This document shows, one piece after another, positions 28,724-37,861 of a stretch of 64,000 nucleotides of DNA. Origin of the DNA: Syntrophaceae bacterium UBA4054. GTDB taxonomy: Bacteria; Desulfobacterota; Syntrophia; Syntrophales; UBA4778. The stretch covers positions 19,397 through 83,396 of the forward strand of contig DFZO01000050.1 of the NCBI GenBank assembly GCA_002383495.1. The letters run 5' to 3'. The notes below the pieces were generated by a model, which worked only from the letters and a program-made list of their open reading frames with translations, searched no databases and was not told where the DNA came from. A program made the translations under genes and the position numbers. Position 1 is the stretch's first letter; every line of letters starts with the position of its first letter.

Positions 28724-28969
28724 CTAGCTTGCAAACGCCTCTTTTATTTCTTTCTTCCAGATACAAAGCAGTTTGCCGCCGTGATATTGGCATTGGACCA
28801 ATTCCCATTCACTTTGGCCTTCTTTATCGAGCATGTCCTTGAAATGCGGAAGGCCTCCTCCCTGAAGATCCGATACGATACAGTCTCCAGTCAGGTCGCA
28901 CTTGACTGATTCAGGGGGAATAAGCTTGTCCAGATCAATAATGTTTGTTTTGTAAGTCCATCGTGGCAT
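28724..28969 (-). CDS. Small hypothetical protein, DUF4177-like
   Basis: RWTYK...GQSEWELV...LLCIWKK pattern; AGGAGG RBS. Confidence 0.6.
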   Translation of the reverse strand: MPRWTYKTNIIDLDKLIPPESVKCDLTGDCIVSDLQGGGLPHFKDMLDKEGQSEWELVQCQYHGGKLLCIWKKEIKEAFAS

Positions 28970-29193
28970 ACGATACCTCCTGATTTAATTTTTGAGCGGT
29001 GGAGATATACCATATTTGATCAATTTACCAAAGAAAAAATGAGGGGCAGGATCCATGATTCCACCGCTTGATTTGTTTGCCTAAGCCGATTCTAACGTAT
29101 TAACATAAGATGGTTGTGAGGTGACATCATCTCATGGCAAAAAAAATGCATTTTCGCTTTGCAATAGCGGAAGGCAAAGGAGAGGAAATACCT

Positions 29194-29520
29194 TTACGAT
29201 GCCTTTTCCCTTGCCAGCCTTCGCGTTCTTTTCTTCAGCCGGCTGATCTTTCTTCTGAGAAAATCGATTTTTGCCCGTTCCCCGGCCTTGCTGAACACCC
29301 CTTTCTCTTCTTTGAGCGCTCTGATCCTTTGCTTGAGTTTTACCACCGTTTCGATGGGTTTTTCTCGGACCTCTTTGACGGGAACACCCTTTGCCTCTTT
29401 GATGGCCTGGATCAATTCCGCTTTTTTCATGGCGGAGACGCCGGTTATGGTCCCCATAGTCATGGCCATTTCTTTCAATTCCTTTACGGTGAGTTCCTCC
29501 AGAGGCTTTTCTTTTTCCAT
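29194..29520 (-). CDS. Rho N-terminal (Rho_N) domain-only protein with basic coiled coil
   Basis: LEELTVKELKEMA...GVSAMKKAELIQAI; GGAGGG RBS. Confidence 0.78.
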   Translation of the reverse strand: MEKEKPLEELTVKELKEMAMTMGTITGVSAMKKAELIQAIKEAKGVPVKEVREKPIETVVKLKQRIRALKEEKGVFSKAGERAKIDFLRRKISRLKKRTRRLAREKAS

Positions 29521-29600
29521 TTCTTCACCCTCCCTTTATGATGATGGCGTTTCACACATTCCTTCATGACCTCCGAACCGCCACACATACGGCGTGCACG

Positions 29601-30650
29601 TCAGGCAATCAGGCGAGCCAGGGCCTTAATCAAAACGGTATTCTCCTCATCGGTTCCAACCGATATGCGAAGTTTATCATCGAGACGCGGTTGTTTGAAA
29701 TATCGGATCAAAATGCCTTCTTCCTTGAGAGATTTGTAGAGTCTTTCTGCGTCTCCTCCCGGAGGGCGGGTGAGCAGAAAGTTCGACTGGGATGGCCATA
29801 CACTGAATCCCATCTCTTTCAGTGCTGCGGACAGCTTTTCCCGGGAGGCCTTGACCCGTGAGGCGTTCAAGTTCTTGTGGGCCTGATCTTCAATGGCTGC
29901 CGCTCCGAGGAGGCACGACAGAGCGTCCACGTTATAGCTGTCCTTGATCTTCATGAGACCATCGATGAGGTCGGGCCTCGCGACACCGAATCCCAGCCTC
30001 AGACCTGCCATGGAATAGCCCTTCGAAAGCGTTCGGAGCACGATGACATTCCCATTTTTTTTCACAAGAGCAAGGGCATCCCCTTCGGCAAAATCCATGT
30101 AGGCTTCGTCCACGGCCAGGATTCCGGAGAGCTTCGATGCGAGCCTTTCGAGCTGATCGAGAGGGACCGTTGTTCCCGAGGGGCTGTTGGGCGTGCAGAC
30201 GACGGTCAGGGCGCCGTCCGACCTGAGCAGTTCTTCAACGGGCAGGTTGTAATCCTCGTCATAAGCTGCTTCCACGTACGGGGCGTCCTGGAGCTCGGCG
30301 AGTGTGCGGTAGAGAACGTAAGTGGGCGTGGCATAGGCCACGGGCCTCCCCGGTTCGCAGCAGGCGCGCACGAGCATGGAAAGAATCTCGTCGCTGCCGT
30401 TGCCGACCAGGACCCAGTCTTCGGGCACGCCGAACACCCTGCTCACGGCGCTTCGGACGCGGTTCGAAACAGGGTCCGGGTAACGCCGGAGGAGTTCGGG
30501 ATTGAAGGTCCGGAGAATTTCCATGACGGCCGGAGACGGCGGGTAGGGGTTTTCATTTGTGTTGAGCTTGATCACCTTCACGTCCGGCGGCGGCTGCTCG
30601 CCCGGCACGTAACCGGTCATGGTTTCAATGTTTTTACGGAAATAAGCCAT
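29601..30650 (-). CDS. hisC: Histidinol-phosphate aminotransferase
   Basis: KLNTNENPYPPS, CTPNSPSG, VDEAYMDF, RTLSKGYSMAGLRLG. Confidence 0.93.
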   Translation of the reverse strand: MAYFRKNIETMTGYVPGEQPPPDVKVIKLNTNENPYPPSPAVMEILRTFNPELLRRYPDPVSNRVRSAVSRVFGVPEDWVLVGNGSDEILSMLVRACCEPGRPVAYATPTYVLYRTLAELQDAPYVEAAYDEDYNLPVEELLRSDGALTVVCTPNSPSGTTVPLDQLERLASKLSGILAVDEAYMDFAEGDALALVKKNGNVIVLRTLSKGYSMAGLRLGFGVARPDLIDGLMKIKDSYNVDALSCLLGAAAIEDQAHKNLNASRVKASREKLSAALKEMGFSVWPSQSNFLLTRPPGGDAERLYKSLKEEGILIRYFKQPRLDDKLRISVGTDEENTVLIKALARLIA

Positions 30651-30658
30651 ACCACACC

Positions 30659-31711
30659 TCAATCTGCCGGCAGCTTGTTTTCAAAGTAACGCCCGGACAT
30701 CTCCCAGAGGGAAAGGAGAAGGGCCGTGATGATCGGGCCGATGACCACGCCCGAAATGCCGAAGCCCGCGATCCCTCCCAGGGTGGAAAAGAGAATGAGG
30801 AGGGGGTGCATCTGAATGTCTCTGCCGACCAGGATGGGCCGCAGAATATTGTCCACGGAACTGATCACCAAAACGCCGGTGACAAAGATAACCACGCCTT
30901 CCCAGATGTGGCCGGTAAAGAGCATGGCGATACACGCGGGGAGCCAGACGATGGAACAGCCGACCCCGGGGATCACGGCGAGGAAGACCATCAGGACCCA
31001 CCAGACCAGAGCTCCTTCTATACCCACGGCGAAAAAAAGAAGTCCTCCCAGAGATCCCTGAAGAAAAGCGATGACCAGTGTCCCCTTGAGTGTCGCCCTG
31101 GCGGCGGAGGTAAATCTCTCATAGAGCATCCTTTCGCGCTTGTCCCCCAGGGGGAGGAGATGAGACGCTTTTTCCAGGAACTTTTCACCATCGCGGATGA
31201 AGAAGAAAAGGGCGTAGAGCATCACGAGAAACATGCCGATGAAGATCACGGTGTTTTGTGTCAGACCCTTCAGGTTGGTGAATATGAAGTTCGTGATATC
31301 CTTGGCGATGCCCGAAAATTTGCTCGCGAGCATTTCCTCATTGATGTTCAGTCGTTTCACAAAGTGGTTCTCCATGATGAGGTCGGGAATGCCGTCAACG
31401 AATTCGCTGATCGGACTGTGATCTTTGCTGAGCGACGTGTAAATGTTGAAAGACTCATTTACGAGAAGAGTGCCGATGAGGATGAGCGGAAGAAGAATGA
31501 TGACTACAATAGAAAAAAGCATGATCGCCGCCGCCAGATTTGGGCGGCCGATCTTCCTTTGCAGGCGCGCGTGAAGAGGTTTGAAAATACTTGCAAACAC
31601 GGCCGCCCAGAAGATAGGATAGAAAAAAGGCTTCAGGAGATAGAAAAATAAAATCGTGATGACGGCAAGGATGCCGAAGAAAAAGATGTTGTGGGTTTTT
31701 TTGTCTTTCAT
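30659..31711 (-). CDS. AI-2E family transporter
   Basis: FFFIRDGEKF, DNILRPILVG, ILFSTLGGIAGFGISGVVIGP; start uncertain. Confidence 0.88.
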   Translation of the reverse strand: MKDKKTHNIFFFGILAVITILFFYLLKPFFYPIFWAAVFASIFKPLHARLQRKIGRPNLAAAIMLFSIVVIILLPLILIGTLLVNESFNIYTSLSKDHSPISEFVDGIPDLIMENHFVKRLNINEEMLASKFSGIAKDITNFIFTNLKGLTQNTVIFIGMFLVMLYALFFFIRDGEKFLEKASHLLPLGDKRERMLYERFTSAARATLKGTLVIAFLQGSLGGLLFFAVGIEGALVWWVLMVFLAVIPGVGCSIVWLPACIAMLFTGHIWEGVVIFVTGVLVISSVDNILRPILVGRDIQMHPLLILFSTLGGIAGFGISGVVIGPIITALLLSLWEMSGRYFENKLPAD

Positions 31712-31938
31712 AGGATCAGGGAGAAAATCCAGTCGCAGTTCACGTGATTTTTGAAATTTACCTGTTATGACCTCAAATTGCAAGTCTCAGGACCGAATTT
31801 TTTAATCGACTGCTTCAGAGGATTTCGTGAAAGCTGATATCAAACACAAACCGGAGCTCTGTTCGGGATGCCGGATATGCGCTCTGGATACATACACTGA
31901 ACTGCGCGGATGGGATCCGAAGACGGCGGTTCCGTGCC

Positions 31939-33717
31939 TCATTCATCGCTCTTTTTTTGAAAACCTGCCGCGAGCGACCGGTCAATAAGGGCTTTGTTGT
32001 AACTGGCGAAAATATCCCTCCGGGAGAGAATCCCCAATATCTTTCTCGAGTCCTTTGCGTCGACGACGGGAAGCTGTTCGATGTTCCGGAACCCGATCTT
32101 TTTCAGGGCGGTATCCAGGCTCTCGTCGGGCGTGATGGTGACGACCTTCAGCGTGGCCAGATCCTTCGCCACCACCAGATTATCCAGACCTTCCTCATAG
32201 ATGACATCCTTGAAATCCTGAAACGTAACGATTCCGCAGAGAAGTCCGTTCCCGTCCACAACGGGAAAACTCGAATGCTTGCTGCTGATGGTGAACTTCA
32301 AAAGCGCTTTCAGGGGCATAGTCTCCGGCACGGTGACGACATCCGTCGTCATGGCGTCCTTTGCCAGCAGGGACCGCATGACATTGATCTCCCGGCCCGC
32401 CCGGATGTCCGTTCCTCTTCGGATGAGTTTCATGGTGTAAATGGATTCCTTCTTGATCTGAGTGGCAAGCATGGCGCTGATGATGCAGGAAAGCATCAGG
32501 GGAAGAATGATCTTGTAGCTTCCCGTCATCTCGAAGAGGATGATGATGGCATTGATGGGCCCGTGCGTGGCGGCCGCAAGAACGGCGCCCATGCCCACGA
32601 GGCCGTAAGCCCCTGACGTGGCCGTGACATCGGGAAAGAGGAAATGAGCGAGGTATCCGAAGGCGGCGCCTGTCATGGAGCCTATAAACAGCGAAGGCGC
32701 GAAGATTCCTCCTGAGCCGCCCGACCCGAGAGTGGCGGAGGTGGCAAGGATCTTGACGAAAATCAGACAGAGGATGATGGACCAGGCCATTTTTTCCAGG
32801 AGGACCATTTCAATCGCGTCGTAGCCCACGCCGAAGATATGGGGGAAGAAAATGCCGATGACCCCGATCACCGCGCCTCCAAGGGCCGCCTTGGTGTACT
32901 CGGGTATTCTTATTTTCGCGAAAAGATCCTCTGCCTTGTAGAGACAGGTGGTGAACCCGACGCCGATCAGTCCGGCGATGATTCCGAGGACGATGTAAAG
33001 AGGGATTTCGTACACGCTCACCAGGGAATACTGGGGAACGATGAAGGCCGGATAATTTCCCATGTAGGCCCGGGAAATAACCGTCGCCATGACGGATGAG
33101 ACCACGATGGGGCTGAAGGTGGCGATGCCGAACTCCCCGAGGATGATCTCCATGGCGAACATCACGCCGGCGATGGGGGCATTGAAGGTCGCCGCGATGC
33201 CCGCGGCGCCGCCGCATCCCACGAGCGTCCTCATTCTGTCCGGCGAAACGCGCAGGATCTGTCCGAAGGCCGATCCAATGGCCGATCCGATCTGGACGAT
33301 CGGGCCTTCCCTGCCGACGGAGCCCCCGGAACCGATGCAGATGGCCGATGCCATGGCCTTGATGACCACCACGCGCTTCCGGATCACACCCCCTTTAAGC
33401 GCCACGGCTTCCATGACTTCCGGGACCCCGTGACCTTTGGCTTCCCGGGCGAAAAAATAAACGAGGGGACCGACAATGGCCCCGCCGATGATCGGGGGAA
33501 TCAGCTTGGCATACCATGGAAGGGTAAAGAGAAAGTCAAGGAAATGGTTTTTTCCGTGGCCAAAAAAAATATTTTGAAAGGAACCTATCAGCCAGCGGAA
33601 GGCAACGGCGCCGTAACCGCCGAGGACACCGACGAAAAGGGCCATGATGATCATGACCGCGTTTTCGTTCAGATTGATATGGTTGAACCACCGGTTACCT
33701 GAAAAGGACCCTGCCAA
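31939..33717 (-). CDS. CLC chloride channel/antiporter with two CBS domains
   Basis: GHGVPE, GREGP, FNAPIAG, GIFAPS; C-terminal CBS pair. Confidence 0.92.
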   Translation of the reverse strand: MAGSFSGNRWFNHINLNENAVMIIMALFVGVLGGYGAVAFRWLIGSFQNIFFGHGKNHFLDFLFTLPWYAKLIPPIIGGAIVGPLVYFFAREAKGHGVPEVMEAVALKGGVIRKRVVVIKAMASAICIGSGGSVGREGPIVQIGSAIGSAFGQILRVSPDRMRTLVGCGGAAGIAATFNAPIAGVMFAMEIILGEFGIATFSPIVVSSVMATVISRAYMGNYPAFIVPQYSLVSVYEIPLYIVLGIIAGLIGVGFTTCLYKAEDLFAKIRIPEYTKAALGGAVIGVIGIFFPHIFGVGYDAIEMVLLEKMAWSIILCLIFVKILATSATLGSGGSGGIFAPSLFIGSMTGAAFGYLAHFLFPDVTATSGAYGLVGMGAVLAAATHGPINAIIILFEMTGSYKIILPLMLSCIISAMLATQIKKESIYTMKLIRRGTDIRAGREINVMRSLLAKDAMTTDVVTVPETMPLKALLKFTISSKHSSFPVVDGNGLLCGIVTFQDFKDVIYEEGLDNLVVAKDLATLKVVTITPDESLDTALKKIGFRNIEQLPVVDAKDSRKILGILSRRDIFASYNKALIDRSLAAGFQKKSDE

Positions 33718-33776
33718 AGGAACATTCCTGAAAAAACTTTTTTTTCGCAGCTAAAAGAGGGCAGAAGAATGCCGCG

Positions 33777-34241
33777 TTATCTTTTCCAACCCCAACCCAC
33801 CCAGACGGGAATTCCCACGTTATCCCTCAGGACAAGAACCTTGTTTCCGTGTCTGATTTCGGCGGCGATGATGGAGGGCTTATTGTTGAAGGACAATCTT
33901 GCCCCTTTGATTTCCACTTTGTCTCCGGGGGAAATCTTGTAATCCAGTCTCTCAATATACCAAAGCGGACCCAGATGGACAGACAGGGTTTCGCTGCCGG
34001 TTTTCACGGTTAAAAAAATACCGAAACACATCCCCTTTAACGGAGCCTGTTTTTCAACGCTCAGAACATCGCCCGATACGATGATGACATCCGTTGCGTT
34101 ATACATTTTTTGATAAGGAGCGTTCATGCCCCAACCGCGGCTGCCGCGCCAATTCTGCCAGGAAGACGCGAATGTCCATGAGGGAGAGCCCGCCAGCCAT
34201 ATAACGATCAACAAGCAAACCATGGATCTCATGATCTTCAT
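33777..34241 (-). CDS. Exported OB-fold-like hypothetical protein (MamS/MamX C-terminal-like pattern)
   Basis: Signal peptide, Gly/Trp/Arg-rich N-terminus, VHLGPLWY...ISPGDKVEIKG...VLRDNVGIPVW. Confidence 0.6.
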   Translation of the reverse strand: MKIMRSMVCLLIVIWLAGSPSWTFASSWQNWRGSRGWGMNAPYQKMYNATDVIIVSGDVLSVEKQAPLKGMCFGIFLTVKTGSETLSVHLGPLWYIERLDYKISPGDKVEIKGARLSFNNKPSIIAAEIRHGNKVLVLRDNVGIPVWVGWGWKR

Positions 34242-34383
34242 GTCTCATCCTTTCCAAAATGGCCGGATGGTCCGGGCATTCTTTTCACGCAGTTCCTTTG
34301 TTCATCCCATCATGAAGGAAGACCCGAATGCGCATTCGGGTTCGTCTCCCCGCCCTGCCATTCGCCTGTAATGATTGTTCAGA

Positions 34384-34419
34384 AAAGGAGGGCACTCGTC
34401 AACTCGCGTGCCCTCCTTT
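34384..34419 (-). terminator. Strong hairpin / terminator in the leader of the 33777-34241 gene
   Basis: aaaggagggcac...gtgccctccttt, with a T run on the minus strand. Confidence 0.7.
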
Positions 34420-34626
34420 CAGCCGGATTTCGGCAGGCGCCTGGCTTCTTGGGGAAAATGCTTCAGTTGGAGGTGTATAAGGTCTCCCGCCACCCGCCTT
34501 CTTCCTTGCTTTTTGACATCATTCATAGTCTACTTAAACGAGCATGTCAATTGATTTATGTTCAAATTATTGTTATAAAAAGATAATGCATTCAGAATGC
34601 CAACGGGTATTTAGAAAGGAACGATT

Positions 34627-35121
34627 ATGGCTGCAAAAGATGCCGTTGTGTCCGAAATAATCGATCATATTCGGAGAGTTTTTCAGGTGGTTCACGAACA
34701 ATCCAAGAAAGCGAAACGTAAAACAGGGATCACGGGACCCCAACTGTGGGCCATCAAGCTTATCAAGGAGTTGTCCCCCGTAAGGGTGTCCGACCTTGCG
34801 CGCCGCATGTACATTCACCCGGCCACCGTGGTCGGCATTCTTGATCGCCTTGAATCGAGCGGGTTTGTCGTCAGGAAACGATCACAGGACGACAAACGGG
34901 TCGTCAGGGTTGAGCTGACGGTCAAAGGAAAAAAACTCGTCGATGATGCGCCTCAGGTCGCGCAGGGTCTGCTTGTCGTCGGCCTGGAGAAGCTGACCCT
35001 GAAAAAACTTGAGGCCATATCGTCCGCGCTCGACGACCTTGTCATTATTCTGGGAGCCCAGGAACTTCCGCCTCAAATGATTCTTTCACCGGAGGTGAAC
35101 CTCCCCGGAAAGAAAAAATGA
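34627..35121 (+). CDS. MarR-family transcriptional regulator
   Basis: ITGPQLWAIKLI...VSDLARRMYIHPATVVGILDRLESSGFVVRKRSQDDKRVV. Confidence 0.93.
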   Translation: MAAKDAVVSEIIDHIRRVFQVVHEQSKKAKRKTGITGPQLWAIKLIKELSPVRVSDLARRMYIHPATVVGILDRLESSGFVVRKRSQDDKRVVRVELTVKGKKLVDDAPQVAQGLLVVGLEKLTLKKLEAISSALDDLVIILGAQELPPQMILSPEVNLPGKKK

Positions 35122-35140
35122 AGAGGTGTAAAACATACTT

Positions 35141-35935
35141 ATGATGGATAAACGAAAGGAGAGACTCTGGATATTCGACTTCGATGGAACCCTTTCTCCC
35201 CTGGTTCCACGTCGTTCGGCGGCGCGTCTCGATCCGTCCTGCAGGGACCTTTTGAGGCATCTGGTTCTTGTGCCTTATCAGCGAGTAGCTGTCCTGTCCA
35301 GTCGCCAACTGGATGATCTCGTCGGACGGATTCCCGTTCCGGGTGTTTTTCTGGGAGGGGGGAGCGGTCTGGAGTGGCAGCTGCCGGACGGTGAAAAACG
35401 CGTTGCCGGCAAGGATCTCCAGGAAAAGCTGAATCAGAAGAGAAAAATTCTTTTGCCGAAGATCCGGAGCATGGGAGCCATTCCGGGTGTTGAAATTGAG
35501 GACAAGAAGTGGTCGATCGCCGTTCACCTTCGTAAAGCTTCCATGAAATCGAGAGCGTTCGTTCAGCTGCTTCTGGAAGACTGGAAGCCTCTCCGCAGGG
35601 TTCGCAAATTCAGGGGGCCGGACGTCATCGAGCTTCAGTTGCTGTCGGAAGTCGATAAAGCCTGCGGCGTTCGGAGGCTGTGCGATATTCTTGACTTTGA
35701 GCCTGAGGGACGACTCATCTATTCCGGTGATGACGAGAATGATGCCGCGGCCATGCAATGGGTCCTCTACCTGAAAGGAAAGGCATTTACGGTGGGCACA
35801 GCCCCCCTGGTCAGAGGGTCCAGGGTTGTGGATGGCCCTTCAGCGCTTGCACGGGAGGTCCGTAAATTGGTTGGGATAAGAGAGTTGAACCCTGATGATG
35901 AAAGAGCGGAAAAGGTGTCCTATGAATCCCTTTGA
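35141..35935 (+). CDS. otsB: Trehalose-6-phosphate phosphatase (HAD IIB)
   Basis: DFDGTL, EDKKWSIAVHLR, VDKACG, SGDDENDA. Confidence 0.85.
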   Translation: MMDKRKERLWIFDFDGTLSPLVPRRSAARLDPSCRDLLRHLVLVPYQRVAVLSSRQLDDLVGRIPVPGVFLGGGSGLEWQLPDGEKRVAGKDLQEKLNQKRKILLPKIRSMGAIPGVEIEDKKWSIAVHLRKASMKSRAFVQLLLEDWKPLRRVRKFRGPDVIELQLLSEVDKACGVRRLCDILDFEPEGRLIYSGDDENDAAAMQWVLYLKGKAFTVGTAPLVRGSRVVDGPSALAREVRKLVGIRELNPDDERAEKVSYESL

Positions 35936-36602
35936 AATTAAGGATTGCGCGCTTTTGACACGAATGAGCGGACTGCCGGCGGCATTCAATTTAAGAGAGC
36001 TGCGGGATCGGATTGCCTCGTGCTCCGCCGATGTACTCTATCACCATTTTTGTGAAACGCCGCTCGCACCGTCTTTCGACTATCCGGATTACCGGAATGA
36101 CTTTGCCGTGTGGATCAAGCACAAGCTGGACGACGACATCCTGGCGGAACGTCTGGGAATCATCGATCCCTATTCTTTCCCGTCCATGGAAAAACTTCGC
36201 GTTGCGACCCTGGAGATCATCGATGACCGTTTGAGCGAATTGACCGTTATCCCCTGGGCTCGGCCCGGACATGAATTTTACTTCACGGAGGCTTCAACCG
36301 TTGTTTTTGATACGGGAGAGAGGGTCCTTCATCCGAAGGATCTCGGTGCCGCCATCGGAGCGATGACGACGGGGAGCATCTATTATCATTTTCTGGAAGC
36401 GCGCAGGCGGCCCCCCAGGTGTGTGGATGATTTTTCCTCGTGGCTGAGCGGATTCGGAAAAGCGTGGGCCCCGCACGTGCGTGCTCTCAAGCAGATTGAT
36501 TTCACTTTTTATACGCTCGCGGAACTCCGAACGGAACTCCTGAAGGTGCTGAAGGATGTGAAGGGTTCGAATGAACGCGCGGGAAAAAGGGCGAAGCCAT
36601 GA
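35922..36602 (+). CDS. DUF5752-family protein (typically adjacent to treT)
   Basis: Duplicated motif LYHHF...YRNDFAVW / IYYHF...VDDFSSW; overlaps both neighbours. Confidence 0.75.
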   Translation: MNPFEIKDCALLTRMSGLPAAFNLRELRDRIASCSADVLYHHFCETPLAPSFDYPDYRNDFAVWIKHKLDDDILAERLGIIDPYSFPSMEKLRVATLEIIDDRLSELTVIPWARPGHEFYFTEASTVVFDTGERVLHPKDLGAAIGAMTTGSIYYHFLEARRRPPRCVDDFSSWLSGFGKAWAPHVRALKQIDFTFYTLAELRTELLKVLKDVKGSNERAGKRAKP

Positions 36603-37837
36603 TCCGATCCATCGATGCATACAGGGATATCGTCAGTGCCCCCGTCATCCGGCAGCTTCGCAGGCTGGGTGAGCGGCTCGGGGGAATCCGGGTCGTTCAT
36701 GTCAACTCCACCGCCGAAGGCGGAGGCGTGGCTGAGATCCTGGCATGGATGGTTCCGCTTATGCGGGATCTCGGAATCGACGCCCAGTGGAGGGTGATTC
36801 AGGGGACCCCGGAGTTTTTCTCCGTGACCAAGGCCATTCACAACGGATTGCAGGGATATCCGGTCTCCATCACGGGAAAAGACTGGGAGATTTATCAGGA
36901 GGTGAATCAGTCGAACGCGGTGCAGTTGAGGGCCGAGCTGGAAGAAGCGGACATCGTTGTCATCCATGATCCCCAGCCGGCTCCGCTTCTGGGGCTGTGC
37001 AGAAACCGGAAAGGGAAGTGGATATGGAGAGCGCACATCGATATCAGCCGTCCATCTCGTCCCGTTTGGAAGACGCTTCGTTCCCACGTGGAAAAGTACG
37101 ACGCGAGCATATTCTCCATGAATCCCTTCGCGCAGCTGCTGCCGCATCCCCAGTTTGTCATTGCGCCGAGCATCGATCCGCTGAGCGAAAAGAACATGGA
37201 ACTGGATCAGGACGAACTGGATGCGGTGCGCGAGAGATTCGGCCTGAATACCCGGAAGCCGCTCCTCGTTCAGATATCAAGATTCGACCGCTTCAAGGAT
37301 CCCGTGGGGGTGATCAAGGCGTACCATCTTATTCGCACGGTGATTCCGGTCCAGCTCGTTCTCGCGGGCGGGGAGGCGACGGATGACCCGGAAGGCAAGG
37401 CGGTCATCGGGGAAGTCCGGGAAGCCGCCGGAAACGATCCGGACATTCACGTTCTTCTTCTGCCGCCGGACGCGCACCGGACGATCAACGCCCTGCAGCG
37501 ATTGGCCGATATCATCATACAGAAATCAACGCGGGAAGGTTTCGGTTTGACGGTCACCGAGGGCTTGTGGAAGGGCAAGCCCGTCATAGGGGGGGATTCA
37601 GGGGGGATCCGACTTCAAGTTATCGGCTATTATACCGGATTTCTCGTCAATACGCCGGAAGGCACCGCGCGGCGCATCCGCTTTCTCCTGCACCATCGTG
37701 AACGGATGAGCCAGATGGGCGTGACAGCCAGGGAATTTGTGAGGGAGAATTTTCTCCTGACCCGGCACCTTCGGGAATACCTGACCCTGATGCTCCTCCT
37801 TCGCAGCGGGGTGGGCGAGCACCGGATATTCATATAA
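36599..37837 (+). CDS. treT: Trehalose synthase TreT (GT4 glycosyltransferase)
   Basis: HVNSTAEGGGVAEIL, IHDPQP, QISRFDRFKDP, STREGFGLTVTEGLWK. Confidence 0.88.
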   Translation: MIRSIDAYRDIVSAPVIRQLRRLGERLGGIRVVHVNSTAEGGGVAEILAWMVPLMRDLGIDAQWRVIQGTPEFFSVTKAIHNGLQGYPVSITGKDWEIYQEVNQSNAVQLRAELEEADIVVIHDPQPAPLLGLCRNRKGKWIWRAHIDISRPSRPVWKTLRSHVEKYDASIFSMNPFAQLLPHPQFVIAPSIDPLSEKNMELDQDELDAVRERFGLNTRKPLLVQISRFDRFKDPVGVIKAYHLIRTVIPVQLVLAGGEATDDPEGKAVIGEVREAAGNDPDIHVLLLPPDAHRTINALQRLADIIIQKSTREGFGLTVTEGLWKGKPVIGGDSGGIRLQVIGYYTGFLVNTPEGTARRIRFLLHHRERMSQMGVTAREFVRENFLLTRHLREYLTLMLLLRSGVGEHRIFI

Positions 37838-37861
37838 TTTCAAAGAAGGGAGAAAAACAGG

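Noticed and set aside
29134-29541. 135-aa plus-strand ORF
   Set aside because: It overlaps the minus-strand Rho_N gene, which has an RBS and a recognisable domain.
33718-34520. Fluoride riboswitch controlling the CLC
   Set aside because: No recognisable crcB-motif consensus, and the CLC lacks CLC-F signatures (GNNLI/GMGLI, GREGT).
34413-34526. 35-aa leader peptide on the minus strand
   Set aside because: Its ATG lies inside the predicted -10 box and has no RBS; kept only as part of the sRNA/attenuator hypothesis.
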